Positions 38,801 through 52,295 of a stretch of 64,000 nucleotides of DNA are shown here, in pieces. How positions within the stretch are numbered: position 1 is the first letter of the stretch; every line of letters begins with the position of its first letter. A model generated the notes under the pieces. It was not told the DNA's origin and ran no database searches. It worked only from the letters and a program-made list of their open reading frames with translations. The DNA is from Ophelia neglecta (lineage: Eukaryota). The DNA lies in the NCBI GenBank assembly GCA_965285935.1, contig OZ260663.1:112344001-112408000 (forward strand), written 5' to 3'. Both the position numbers and the translations under genes were made by a program.

Positions 38801-40635
38801 GTCCACTCGGTCCTATATGTAATTGGGTTTAAACTATACATAAAGTCGACACATTTTATGCTATTGGCTATTCGCCATTATATATATATCACAGCGGTTA
38901 AGAATTAGGACTATATATTAGGGTACAGAGTTAGAATAAGAGTACATGTTTACCTTAAAGCGTGCATCAGCATGAGTCTGAGTTTCTCTTGCTCTAGGGC
39001 GCTGCCATCGAGGACTTCTGCAACCGCCGTGCTGTCTGTATACCTGAGAAAGGTGAGGCCCCGTGCGTCTGGGTCAATCAGCAATGGAAGTCTGTAAAGA
39101 AGGAAAGAAACAACGGTCTTAATGGTGTTCTATTAGACAATGCTTCTTAGGAGAGGGTATGACTCTTGGGTCTATCAAGCATGGAAGTCTGCTTACAGAG
39201 ATCGGGGATGGGGTTTGGGGGGGGTTTGGGAATTAAAGTAAAGGGGTGTCTCGAAAAATAGTTGCCGAAAAATGAGAGTATCTGGTCCGTTGCCTTCATG
39301 AACATCGAAAGAGATAGCACATTTTTTCCATATTGAATTATAACTTAGCTTTTACAGTCTAGAGATAAATTTAGGAAATGACAAAATACAGCAGTGTTGT
39401 TTCAAGAAGATATTGAATATTACGACTGACCACTTGAGGCCAACAAAACATCAAAATCGACTTCACTACCAGTTTCCAATGGTGCGAATTTCGGTAGGGG
39501 AGTATAACTGTGTTAAGTAAGGGTGATTGGGTGATTAACCTACTTTCCAGACCGGGTTATCTCGTTGTCTTCCTGTAGAACGAGCAGCGGCTTAATCTGC
39601 TTCAAGTCGATCTCCATGGACTCTGAAAAACCCATTGATCGAGTTGTACGTACGAAAAACCGCTCGTAGAATATAGGAAAAGTACAATAACAAATGAGCT
39701 AGAACCTTCAGCAAGTAGAAACTGTTCACTTGCAAATGACCGAAAATACCCCACGCCAATTCTTTTTTTTCACCCACGATTTTTTATCCTCCGAACATAT
39801 CACGTATTGGGGTCCCATAACTGGCTATATTCCATTATGCATTTAAACATAGGCATGTCAAATGGAATTTTACATTGTAGAATCGCCGGATGGACTGGTA
39901 GCATAAGAGAATTGTACGGATCAAGATCGAGAAACCTTGACCTTGGCTTTCTGCGTCTCCATGGTTGACTACGTCATTTTTCAGAGAGTGAAAACTGTCA
40001 GTGCAACTCCAGGAATTAAGGAATGCTTTCAAACAATACTAAATAATTTTTTTTCTGCGGCCCAAACAAGTACGTCCCTTACTTTACTGAGTAAACAATG
40101 ATATCTTATCAGGCGCACGGCATTGTATTTTTTCCAATTTTTTTTTTCTGGGGCAATTTATATACAGACAATAGCTATAGGGCAAAGACGGGTAATTTTA
40201 CACATATTAATATTCTGTGCAGTAAATGGCCTTATTTGCGCCCGTTGTGAGATTTAAAAAAAGGCTTATTCCGCGAACGTAGTAAGAGATAAGGGCTACT
40301 TACTGCGTGAATTTAAACATTACATAAAACTGCTTGCATTTACACCATGCGCGGATTAAGTCCAGTTGCGCAGAATTAGATGATACGCAATATTATCAGA
40401 CTTTACCCTACGTATTAATAAATGATCTAAGTTGTGTTATAAAATAGGTAAAATTCACCTCTTTTGACGACTTTGGCCGGTTCCTTTGCAGTTGCCGCCG
40501 TCGGTTTGTTGGCGGCACCCGAGGGACCTGCCTTGGCTGTCGCCCCCTTGTTGGCCGGGGCCTTCGCTCCTGCGGTCTTGGCCGCCGCTTGGCTTTAGCG
40601 GCCGGCTTGGCGGCGGAGGTCTTCTTCGGAGGCAT
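35825..40635 (-). CDS. IQANK1 C-terminal-domain-like protein with an Ala/Lys-rich N-terminus, about 229 aa, 5 exons; apparent 1-nt frameshift in exon 1
   Basis: Minus-strand GT-AG exons: 40635-40459, 39622-39544 (SMEIDLKQIKPLLVLQEDNEITRSG), 39091-38954 (LPLLIDPDARGLTFLRYTD..LRLMLMHALR), 36713-36585 (FGTAIVFDLSD..LQPGVWEKIMDRSIL), 35990-35825 (..KFRVILFTT..stop). Exons 2-5 are phase-matched. The motifs resemble, from memory, the WPLVIDP..TFLRY..ALRYGKPLVFDL region of IQANK1. AATAAA at 35760-35765 (minus). Confidence 0.75.
38705..38733 (+). mobile_element. Possible Helitron-like 3' terminus
   Basis: An imperfect hairpin ending ..AACGGGT is followed by TTACAGCTAGT, downstream of a GA-rich tract (38400-38700). 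Confidence 0.3.
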
Positions 40636-40691
40636 GCTGTGGGTAGTGTAGTCCTTTAATGTGAGAATGGCACCACAGTAAAATGAATGAG

Positions 40692-40698
40692 TTTTATA
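40692..40698 (-). promoter_or_regulatory. TATA box of the IQANK1-like gene
   Basis: TATAAAA on the minus strand, 57 nt upstream of the ATG, with an Inr-like CCATTC about 25-30 nt downstream of it. Confidence 0.55.
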
Positions 40699-41666
40699 GT
40701 CACACTGCTCCGTTGGGATTTTGGTTCAAATTTTACCATCGCCTACAGTGAACAATGACGAAACCAAGCTGCAAGTATAGGCCTATATCTGTAACGGGCA
40801 AACTATGGGCTTATTAATTTTAAGGGTTCTATACCTGGGGGGGGGGGGGAGGGGGGTACCCCATATTTGGCCAAGTAATGTGCAAGGCTGTGGTTTGCAT
40901 TGTACTACATCGCGCAAATGAATAGCTTTTCTGTCGTTTCTTCTATCAGTATTTGGCGGCTGTTTTAAAAGGACTTTCTACCACCTTTCCTACCTGTTGG
41001 GATCACCCAGCCTATATTATAGGAAGTACCCCCCCCCCCCCCCCCGCCTAGAGGTTCAACGTATTACCCATTTGCTCATCGGGAAATCCGACGGAATCCC
41101 CACACCTAATGAGCTGGTAGGATTTACACAGCTTGCTTGAATGAATACCTGCAAGCCAACCGTGAGCCATACGTGAGGTAAACATTATTGATTACAGAGT
41201 GTATACTTGCCACCACAGGTCTTACGTCCCAGGCCGAGTTAGTACTTGTGAGCAGCCCATAGCATGCACTGCACTGTTAATTAAATAGTTTTAATGTGTA
41301 ACTATAAATAATTATCAGTATTTTCGAATTTCTAGACATATTTACATTGCATTTTTAGAGAAGTATTTCCGTTCAAATGGCTATATACAAATAACTGAAT
41401 GTCGAAATAAGCTGCGGTTATTTGAAGCCTTACCTGTGTTGTTTATAGTTAAATCCGATAGGCGGCAGTGAATTGAGACCGCAGCGAAGGTTTAATACAC
41501 TCGACATTGCATACAGCCTGCCTTAGTTTGTGAACGCCGCGGAGGTCGTGGTCGATAGCTAGGATACACAACGGGTGTTTGTCTAAACTACGTGAACCTG
41601 ACGACAGAGCGGCTTATCTCGTAAACAGCATTATAACGGGCTCCTATAGAACCATACTCTGAGGTG

Positions 41667-41970
41667 AAGCCCACTTCACCGTTAGAACCATTCTCAGTGG
41701 TGCGCCGCCTTTACTGATAGAACCATTCTCGGTGGGGCTGCCACTTCACTGTTACAACCATTCTCAGTGGGGCTGCCCACTTCACTGTTAAAACCATTCT
41801 CAGTGGGGCTGCCCACTTCAGTGTTAGAACCATTCTCAGTGATGCTTCCCACTTCACTGTCCGAACCATTCTCGGTGGGGCTGCCCTTTCCCCTGTTAGA
41901 ACCATTCTCAGTGGGGCTGCCCACTTCACTGTTCTCGGTGGGGCTGGCCAATCCCCTGTAAGGACCATTC
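41667..41970. repeat. 36-bp minisatellite, array 1 (about 8 units)
   Basis: Unit TTAGAACCATTCTCAGTGGGGCTGCCCACTTCACTG. Confidence 0.9.
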
Positions 41971-42359
41971 TCGCTACATATAGCTTTCAATTTAATTGGT
42001 TGCTGTAAAACTTAATAAAATCTCCCCTACGATTCAAAAGAAATACGCTACATGTTAGGGAAACGCATTGTTATTATTCACAGCTCAAGAAAATGTCGAG
42101 AACTTCACAAAGTACAAAATTAATGGATATATTGTATTGGTTGGATGGCATATTTGGTTTATATGACCCCCAACCAGTAAGAGGGTTTCACAATTTTGCC
42201 CCCACCCCCATCTCCCATAGTGCATGAACGCTTTCTAAAGGCCATACCTGATCTGGTATGCCAATTGTACCAAGCCATAACGACGCTGTTTAAATTTACC
42301 CAATAATAATCAATATTGTAGGTCTGTACAATAAGGCCCCGATAATAATGTGCAAACTT

Positions 42360-42487
42360 CTGGCGAGGAATTTCCAGGGGGGAGGGGGCGTTCCATGTGG
42401 AGGAATTGAAAAGCGGCGGGGGGTGGGGGGCACAGAAGTTACATACATACGGTAGGGTGGGGGGCAGGCCCCCTGTATCCGCCCCTG
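42360..42487. mobile_element. Short GC-rich interspersed element (..TCCGCCCCTG end); other copy at 52690-52824, fragment near 1370-1399
   Basis: Termini GGCGCGGATCCAGG / CCTGTATCCGCCCCTG are loosely inverted, with poly-G/C cores. Confidence 0.45.
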
Positions 42488-45400
42488 AGCTTGGAGAACA
42501 CAACACGGTCTCGAAGTATCTGGCTGATGATATGTCTCCTTTGCATTCATTGGAGGGAAGGGAGAGCTTAGGGCGGGGTCAAAAGGGCTTTGCTACATTG
42601 TTTGCGCATATTGTCATTTGAGTGATTCAGTTTAAAGAAAGGCAGGACACACAGGGGGCGATCAGTTTGTACCGACGTCAGTTCCTCTTGTCTCCTCATT
42701 GTTCACTTCCTCATTTGTGATGACAAATCACTAGCCAGCCCCTATTCCACCTGCCCCACGCTCCACACCTAACCCTCCCTCGCGTCCTACCTGTAAGCTA
42801 TGCCTTGCCTCCTGCCTTTGCATTATAGCTCGTCCATTTTTTCCTGCTTCTGTCCCCTCTTCACAGCTCTACTTGTCCCCGTCTCCACTCCACTCCACTC
42901 CCCAATCCTCACCCCATTCCCACCCTCCTACACAATCTCCTCATATATCAAAGAAGCAAATAAATTCCTATTTTCTAGCCATATTGCCATTCACCCTTTA
43001 GAATTGCCCTTTCACATTACTAAGCACTCGTACTAATAGTACTATTACTAAAAACACTAGAATTTTTACCACAAAGTATCTGCTTTATTCCATTTTTATA
43101 TATTTTGCTTTCGTGTAAGTTGATCAACCAAGCAGTAACCTAGGTCCAGTCACGCCTGGATGTACATTTTCCCCGGAAAACGTCCTCGGACGTCCACCAC
43201 CCCCAAACCAGACTTATGGAAGCGGATCACATCATAATATACTGGTCGTATCATCTAGAGTGATAAATGCACAGGTTTTGTAAAGAGGGAAAACTAATTG
43301 TTAGGATATGCCGGCCTTTGCAGGAGATAATTTCTTAGTCATAGTTCCCTAATGGCGAAATTTATTGGATTGCACTATTTTGTAGGGCAACCGTTAGACA
43401 TCACTACATCTAGTTGTGAGTCTCGCGGAAATGAGAAAGTTTGTTATACAAGCATAGTGTTCTTGGCTCGATACCAAGGCGCGAGTGCCACATATCGCCG
43501 CTCACACTCGACAGTAAACTCTTCCTCACGATTTACATTTCTGTTCTAGGGATCAGAGGCATCTTTCTAATAAATTGGAATTATTGTGGATTTGTTCCCG
43601 TGTTGTTACGGTAGGGCGTAAATACAGGAATGTATCAGGGGTATTTGTATGTAAATGTCGGTTGATTACTATATGCTATTGTCTGCCGAGGGGATAGAAA
43701 GCCATTTCTGCTAATAGATCTGGTTGTGTTAGAAGTATTCAGCGATCAATACTACGATAATATTCATTGTTTAATAAATGGCACGCTCTGTGTTATTCAA
43801 AAAGCTGTCCTGATTGGGTGGCCTGATTTATACCTAATTTTTATTGGTATGTAATAATGTTTTCCCCTGATGGACTTTGTATAGTCTTACTATATAAATG
43901 CACTTATTAGGTGTTGGATGGATAAAGTCGCTTAAAGACGATATTAGAGCTTTGGTGTGGTAAGTGCGTTTGAAAGTCTGCTAAAAATAAAACGCGAGGG
44001 GTGAAGGATCAGTTGATAGTACATAAATATACCGTTTTAAAGGAATCAGTAAACAAATTGATTATATCTTACACTCAATAGCTATACAGTTGGTCGGGTC
44101 CTACTTATACGACTCGTCATCCGATATACTGAACTGATACTGTCATACTCGTTGACTTGTTTTAATGAGTCTTTCTCCCTTTTTAGCCTATTTTGCTAGT
44201 GTAGGTTGGTTCGTTCAGCATAAATTAAACCTTGGTGCCCTGTATATAGCCTATTTATTATTTATTATTTATTAGAATATATTTATCCTGTATAGCCCTA
44301 TCAGCGCGGCTGTTTTTCGTAGGGGTCCAGCTGTGTTTTACTTTATAAAATATTGCTTTTAAAAGATACATCATATTACATGAACGCCACAGCTTTGTGC
44401 CCTGTATATAGCTTATAATGTCGGGCGGTATATTTATATAACTTAGACTTAGTTGTTTTATTATCATTTCTTTATGTATAACAAGCGCATCCTGTGTTCC
44501 AATGATCTCAGGGAAGGAGTTTAAAATAAGAACCCGTAATTTATCTTGGGTTTAAATGTGGTCGATCCTAAAATAGCCGCCTTTCTTTTTTTGTGGTTGA
44601 ACATTAAGATGGACTGTATCTATCTGTTTTTCATGACGTTCACCAATACCTAAACACACCCCACTATTCAACCTACCCAATCAAGCCCCCTTGCCCCATT
44701 CGTTTCACCCAAAATCCAGCCACACCCCAACCCTTTCTGATCCAATCCTCTACCCCTAGTCACATGCCAACCCCACATGTCAAGCCTTGTTACCCCATGC
44801 CACATCAAGTCACAGTTTCCCCTTTATGTGTTCCCATAGTCCCCCCTTCCCCGTACACACTCACACACACACACACCCAGCCACAACCCAACCCGATCCA
44901 TCTACAAGTTTGTCCAGTTGTCTGTTTTTGAACCGTTTTCTACCCATTGGCCACATCTGAATAATCCCACCATTTAGCATAGGCCTTTAGCCACACGGCC
45001 AATCAATGCTTATTTCTCCCCGATTGTATGTACGGGTCTAAATAATTTTAAACCATCTTTCCTCAGTTTTTTGTACACGCCAGTGGTTTAGTTACGATAG
45101 TATTGCTCATTATGGTAGGCTACAAGTTCTAGACGGCCACTGCCGGACACGAGATGGCTCACACACTTGGCTGTCACATGGCCCTTATATTTACATATGT
45201 TTCACTAAAAAGTATACATATTCCCTGGAATATAAATAGTTCCCAAAAGACCATCGACGCTTTACATGATCAGGATGTTGCAAACTAAAATGAAAAGAAC
45301 TATTCAACACATTACACATCACAGCTCAAAGAAGGCAGCAAGACATCAAAATATCATAGGCCGCTATCATTAGCAGCACAAGCATATTGAGGATCCGGTT

Positions 45401-46601
45401 GGTACTGATTGCCTGGTGTAATATTCCCCAGCTATAAACTACTCATATCTGCTGGTTTGGCTGACAGAATGTTTTCTGTATTTTCAACCCCACTACATAT
45501 ACTGCATACACGTATATCAAATAATAAGTACATCTGTTGATACCCTTCAGGCAATTACATATCAGTAAAGGGGAATATTACAGTAAACTAGCAATTTTCG
45601 AGAGCTGCCAATGTATCCGAATTTCGAGAAGATCTCGAGAATCACCAGCTCCTGAAAGAAAAAAAATCAGTCTTATACTACTGAGCTGAGCAATGGAATT
45701 ATATGCCGAAAATATGTGGGGAAATATGATTCGCAAAATGTCCTGCTCGAGAAAATAGACTGATTTACAATGCTCGCCAAAAGGACGCAATAAGTCACCA
45801 GATTATTGTGTGTAGCTACAAGTTCTGAATGGCTAGGATTATTACACAGTTATTAAAGTAAAGTACATGCCAGCACGGTTCACCACCGTTTAGAGTAGGC
45901 TCCTATACTTGAACGTCATAGTAATATTACGTCGCAGGCTGTGATATGAATTATGCGGGCATGCCAGTTTATAGAGAATACTCTAGCCCAGCTTATAACC
46001 ACCCTACAACGACAGCCTTCCAGTATATTTGTCACCTAAAGATTACTGTCTCCCTGAAGCCAGAGGCAGCGCACACAACTCCAGGTATGACAGCCTGGTC
46101 TCATTAATACTTTACATCCGTTTACATCATACATTGAATCTACTGCCGTTGTTTTGGATATTATCAAATAAACAGCAAATGATTATTAAAGCTATATCTT
46201 TCATTTATAGATAAATGCTTCCGTGTAGTTTGAGACTGTGCCAATACCATCATATACATATCTGGCTATACCGTCCACATATTGTATATCATAGGCCGGA
46301 TATATTGTAGTTTTTCCAGGTTTGTATTTCACAGGACACTACTGAATATACTATCGCTGGCACCTAGTCATTAGAGGTAACTTATCGACGGAGTGCCTCG
46401 GGCATGATGCGGCAGACGCAGGTTTAAAACATACATCGTCTTAACAATATATAATTAACAAAAGGTATATAGACTGCAGACTTCGATTACGTTACGAACT
46501 CATACTTTAGGATCAGAGCTCTAATACCGACAAGTCTACGTAACCAGACTAACAGCGTAGCTTGTGACACACGTAATCTTGACTATAACACAGTGCTAAC
46601 C

Positions 46602-47749
46602 ATGGATAGAATGAGAGTCGTCTACGTTATTTTGTTATTGACAAGAACTACTAGGAGTACTACGACTGTACCCACCGAACGTTGGGAAAATGTTACTAGC
46701 GTTCTGCCAATGTCAAATGATTATGGCGGTGATCAATACCTGAATCCGGACACATCAGGAAGGGAAAGAATGGCGTTCATTGGTAAACAGTTGTTACTCT
46801 ACGTAGCGCCAACTATTTTTGTGATTGGTCTTCTCGGAAACCTGGCCTCGTTCTCGGTGATGATGCGAGCCATGTCCTCGTCCGTCTATTTATCCTGCCT
46901 AGCTCTAGCAGACACTCAGGCGTTATTGTACCTTTTCCTGACAAAGTGGTATGCGGATTCAGTTGCTGGGTATCCTTTTTACATGGCTAGCGACCTTCTC
47001 TGTAAGACTGAGATGATATGGAGGAAGTTTGGCATGGTCCTGCCACAGTGGGTGGTCGTATCGGTGTGTCAATTGAACGTTTCCTAGTCACGTGGTTCCC
47101 TTTTCAGGCACCCCGCTACTGCACCCCTAAGACAGCCCGTGTAGTAATATGTATTATTACGGTTCTGTCACTGGTGTACAGCGTGGCCACTGTAGTTCAG
47201 TTTGGGATCAATCTTGGACCATGTGACCTTTCGGCACACAATATTTTTTCATATGAAGGCCATGGCCGACGGTTACTTTCCTCTTTATACTCATTCATAC
47301 CATTGGGAATAGTCCCTCTTAACCTCGCTACGGCCGCGCGGCTCATTAAAAGCGCTGTCAAAGGCGCCGATATGTGCACTGCAAGGTCAACACACTACGG
47401 TAAGAAGGCTCGGAAAGCCACTAAAGTCGTTGTCATGGTAGCAGCGGTATTGGTCGTCCTGACCCTCCCTGGAACTGTATTCCTGCCAATAATGGGAGGT
47501 ACCCCGAAACCTCATCCAGAGTACTTCATTGTAATCACACATAGCGTGTTCCTGGCTTTCATGGTGAGTCACGCCTTCAATTTCTTCTTGTACGTGTTGG
47601 TTTCGGAGGGATTCAGACGGGAATTTTTCACGATGATTAGGGTGAGCGTTAAAGAAACCGAGCCTATCATGGTCAATGAAAGCCGTTCTAATCCTGTGGG
47701 AAATAAAGCCACTGGCCCGTCTATGCCGTCTGGTCAAACGCAATTTTAA
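46602..47749 (+). pseudogene. Frameshifted copy of the class A GPCR
   Basis: Relative to 57409-58569: a 12-nt in-frame deletion in ICL1, a +2 GT slippage at about 47064-47069 just before ERF (stop at 47085-47087), and a 3-nt deletion in TM5. Confidence 0.85.
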
Positions 47750-50203
47750 ATTAAACGTTTAAAGACCTATGAAAGTGGGTATAAGTATGCCCTGATCCCT
47801 CATTTAACCGGGACTGATCATGAAGCGTCTGAGATGTTATTTTAGAAATTCCTCGTAATATTTGACTTTCTCCTGTTTGCATGACAAGATATAACGTATA
47901 AATCTCACGTGTCATAAAGAGAGCATGATGCCTGCGCATACGACTCTAGGAGACTAGGAGACACTTGTATGTAGCAAAAAAACAACAACAACAAAAAACA
48001 AAAACAAATACGACGTTAAACCTATTCATAAGTCAGTGTTCAGTATGTTATTTATGTTAGCTGTGGTACTTAAATACAATCTTGATAAGGTATTGTTAAA
48101 TGCATTGCAAATGGATTAATTTGTCGATTCGAGACAGTTAATATCATATGCTACTTAATTTAAACAGACTGCACCTAAAGAATCAAATCTACCAGGCCAT
48201 TCGGCCTGGTTAATGTATGATGTTAATCATTGACATCAGCTATAAGGTAAACAATGCAACCTGTAAGTTTATCATACGTTTTCCGCCTTTTGGACACGTG
48301 TCCGGTCGGGCTAGTGTCTGGTGATATTAACTGGCCCAAATTAAATTTTACTTGTCTCCAGGCATCTGACCAGTGCTAATGTCGCAGAGTAGTCTATATT
48401 GTTTGACAATATGAACGAATTATTCTCTCATATATCCTTACAACAGTGCACACTATCCATTAGGTTCAACTCGACTGAATAAATGTTTAGCATATGAATA
48501 AAGGCAACTCTGTTATTTTTGACAACTTCACACATCAATCATTCTTATCGTGTAAAAATCCATGTTATCCATGTTATCAACACTAGTGTGTAGATTCGGG
48601 GTTTTCAAGTTGAATGACCATTGGACGATTTGGCCAATATGTGTCGAAACTGTGTAATTCCTAGTTGTGAATTAGGATTCTTCTCTGGTTACCCACTTCT
48701 CCGTAGTCCTTCTTATTGAAAGTAATATAAGATATTATTTGTCATCGGACAAGTCAAACTTATTACGATACGGGTAGAATTTACAATATAGTGATCCAAG
48801 GTGAAAAATGGCACAACCACATTGCCATACTTCAATAATACATAGCCGTAAGTAAACTTCACTCGGCCTTAAACAGCCCTACGCATACAACTCATTGCAG
48901 AAACTAAATGAAAAGTGACATTACTTACATAAGACACTATTGCAGATAGGTCTCAGGATAGAAAAACTACAGATGTTATCTTACTCATAAACTTCACAAT
49001 CTTGTCAGTTGATACACACACTACAAGTCACCATGTGCTTCTGCACACACCCTCCAGCAGACTGCTACATGGCTTTTCAACACAAAGTAAATCTAACAAA
49101 AGGACAATGACTGAATGTGTTCGGGCAGCTTGACCAGTAGTCCAGGCAAAGCATAATAATCATGTGCTTCACAGGCACAGGAAAACCAGTAGTCCAGGCA
49201 AAGCATAATAATCACTTGCTTCACAAGCACAGGAAAACATACACTATGGGTGTCACAATAATCAGCTACAGACATGTGACAGACTGTTATAAGGAAAGAT
49301 TGAAATAAACTAAAATCGAAAAACAACTGTCTTTGCTAGCAATACTGTATTTTGAAACAGACATAGTATAAGGCTTTTGTGTATACATCTCTTGGAGTAG
49401 CTCCCATGTCATGTGCTGTTGGTCTGTTATATAGACTATGTTCTAAAATGACGTTTGTGCATACTGTGAATAACAATAATTTTAATCACCTTCAAATTAA
49501 TTTAGATAAATTATTAGGAACTGTTAGACACATGCTTACACCCTTGCGCCTTATAGAACAATATCGTTGTTAAAATAGGTAGTTTAGGTAAACTTGGTCT
49601 CACAGTGAAGAGAAATGTGAGAAAATGCTAAATTATTATTTGTACAGGAACTGAGGATGCATGTATTTGGAACTGTATAAACTGAAGCATTTGGAGTGAA
49701 CCATACTGTAAGTTAACTGAGCATGACACCGCCAATATACTGCTGAATATATGCTGAACCCAGACACACAGAAAACATTTCGCGCGATTTGAAATAAAGG
49801 ACTGTGCGAGTTGCATGGGTAGCGTTGCAAAAACAAAAGGGACATAAATAAACTGTGGAAAGGATATATCCCCTGTGCCTATGTTTAAGTATGGGACAAA
49901 GTATTTCCTTATGCTTTATTCCGAATCGGGAAAATACCTCTTCCTCGTTCTCATTTAACTCACGAAATTATAGAATCCCAATAATTTACAAGTACAACGT
50001 CATCAATCCGTCGAGTAAAAACCTGGGATGTCAGAAGCTACTGCAAAGTTGTGATACTTGGTTCGTGCCTTCAGGACATGCTATAGATCCTGTTACTTGT
50101 TCAGACATGACTGTGTTAATGTCGATTATTATCGTGTTTCCAGTCTGCAGTTTTTCAGGGCCAATATTCTGCCATTTATTCCCATTGTTCAGGTTTTAAT
50201 TTC

Positions 50204-50257
50204 CACCCCTACTAGTACATACACTCTTTATAAAGAATGTACGGACTAGTGGGGGTG
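50204..50257. repeat. 54-bp near-perfect palindrome
   Basis: 27-nt arms CACCCCTACTAGTACATACACTCTTTA / TAAAGAATGTACGGACTAGTGGGGGTG with 4 mismatches and no loop. Confidence 0.8.
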
Positions 50258-50997
50258 CTAAGAAATAAAATGACTTTAACCGTGTATTTTTTTTTCATTT
50301 GTGCTAAAACTGTTGTGATGATTTTATTTAGTATACAATTCTCATTAATGTGGCTTTGAAGTCGCCGTCCATGATATTTAACACGTTCATGGGAAAGAGT
50401 CCGCAGTCAATCAGAAATATTGTTATACAAACATATTTTGAGGGTTACAAGTAATCTTGTACAGGTGAAAAATGGAAGCCCATGATATCAGATGCTCAAC
50501 TCTTGGGGACAGAATAAAGCCAGTACGGTTCTAGGGCAGGCTATATAATCATTATTTTCTTGTCCTCCTACGCGCATGAAACATGGTACTTTCAATTAAT
50601 TCAATGAATACAAAATGAACCGTAAATGAAACGCGGACGTCCAGTACGTAACGTTTTAATAAAGCTATTCTTTTATTTATTATCTTTGTGTACAACATGT
50701 AGGGGTAATATTTTACCCTGCAGCTTTGTAATAACTTCAATGCAAATAATCTTCTTGTAGTTCTAGTTTTTTATTTACACCTTACCATATGATTATTGGT
50801 TAAGGGTCTGTATTGTCGTGCCTCGAGAGATCGGCAATTCGAGGTATGAAAACTGACGAATCTCGTGTATATTGTTGCATGCCCCTTTATTTCAGGTATT
50901 CGCATTATGTTATTATTGTTACTTTGACTAATGTATATCAAGCTACGATAAGTGGATATATTGAAATTGTGGAAACAACCTAATTTCCAGGCGGGAG

Positions 50998-51555
50998 TGT
51001 AAATGTTGCTACTTTATTTGTACAAGTGGCCGTATAAGTGGCCGGTCGGAAAGTAGTTACTACTGTTTAGGTATACTGTAAATAGCCCTGTGTGACTGAC
51101 CGCTGACCACTACTGATGACCAGGGTACCTGACCAGCGATCTCGGATCTTTCCTTACCTTCCGGTACCGAGACTCGGCTCTGTTGCGTAAGGCACTAAGA
51201 TATCTGGTATATTGAGATTTGGTCAGTGGTCATCGACGCGTCTGCGGTAGCGGTTGTCGTTATGTGAGCGGCGACAGTGCATGTGTTCTCGGTGATGTCG
51301 ACAGCTATACGGTCGACAGTATAACTGTATGTAGGAGCCAGAACCGTAAGAGGCCAAAGAGGTTCGTTACATCGTTTACTTGTATATGTTATCATATGTA
51401 ATTGTGTTGTGATCTCTGTGCAATATGTAAAGAATATATCGTGAGTTTATTTATTACAGTTTCACGGTACCCAAGGTGTCCATGGCATTCATGTAAGAAA
51501 CAATAAAGCCGTATGAAACACAAACCTAGTCATCGTTTCTCCTACTGCAGCCACA
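50998..51555 (+). mobile_element. Candidate LTR (TGT..ACA) with an upstream purine tract
   Basis: AGGCGGGAG lies immediately before TGT at 50998, AATAAA is at 51502, and the segment ends CCACA. There is no second copy in the window. Confidence 0.35.
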
Positions 51556-52295
51556 GTGGTGCTGCCCCCACGTTTCTGTTAGAACCATTCTCAGTGATGC
51601 TGCCCACTAAACTGCTAGAACCATTCTCAGTGGGGCTGCCCACTTCACTGTTAGAATCATTCTCCTGGTCCTGCCGACTTCACTGTTAGAACAAGTTTCA
51701 GTGGTGCTGCCACTTCACTATTAGAACCATTCTCAGTGGTGCTGCCCACTTCACTGTTAGAACCATTCTCAGAGGTGCTGCCCACCTAACTGCTAGTACC
51801 ATTCTCAGTGGGGCTGCCCACTTCACTGTTAGAACCATTCTCCTGGTCCTGCCGACTTCACTGTTAGAACAAGTCTCAGTGGTGCTGCCACTTCACTGTT
51901 AGAACCATTCTCAGTGGGGCTGCCCACTTCACTGTTAGAACCATTCTCAGTGGTGCTACCCACTTCACTGTTAGAACCATTCTCTGTGGTGCTGCCCGCT
52001 TCACTGTTTGAACAAGTCTCAGTGGTGCTGCCACTTCACTGTTAGAACCATTCTCAGTGGGGCTGCCCACTTCACTGTTAGAACCATTCTCTGTGGTGCT
52101 GCCCACTTAACTGTTAGAATCGTTCTCAGTGGGGCTGCCGACTTCACTGTTAGAACCATTATCCGTGGTGCTGCCACTTCACTGTCAGAACCATTCTCAG
52201 TGGTGCTGCCCACTTCACTGTTAGAACCATTCTCAGTGGAGCTGCCCACTTCACGGTTCTTGGTGGGGCTGGCCAATCCCCTGTAAGGTCCATTC
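51555..52295. repeat. 36-bp minisatellite, array 2 (about 20 units, with a 178-bp higher-order block)
   Basis: Same unit as array 1. The variant TCTCCTGGTCCTGCCGAC recurs at 51661 and 51839. Confidence 0.9.

Larger units (their letters stand above)
41667..49616 (+). repeat. Segmental duplication unit 1 (GPCR-containing)
   Basis: Collinear, high-identity match to about 52000-64000, including intergenic DNA. Confidence 0.9.

Noticed and set aside
40408-40635. Stand-alone protamine or sperm basic protein gene
   Set aside because: Better explained as a frameshifted exon 1 of the IQANK1-like gene, with a splice donor at 40458.
41694-41990. TENGSNSEVGSP repeat protein ORFs (also 51876-52315)
   Set aside because: A by-product of a 36-bp unit. 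Units of other lengths break the frame, and there is no start or splice support.
51555-52295. CRISPR-like array of 36-bp repeats
   Set aside because: The repeats are head-to-tail with no unique spacers, there are no cas genes, and the context is eukaryotic. It is a minisatellite.
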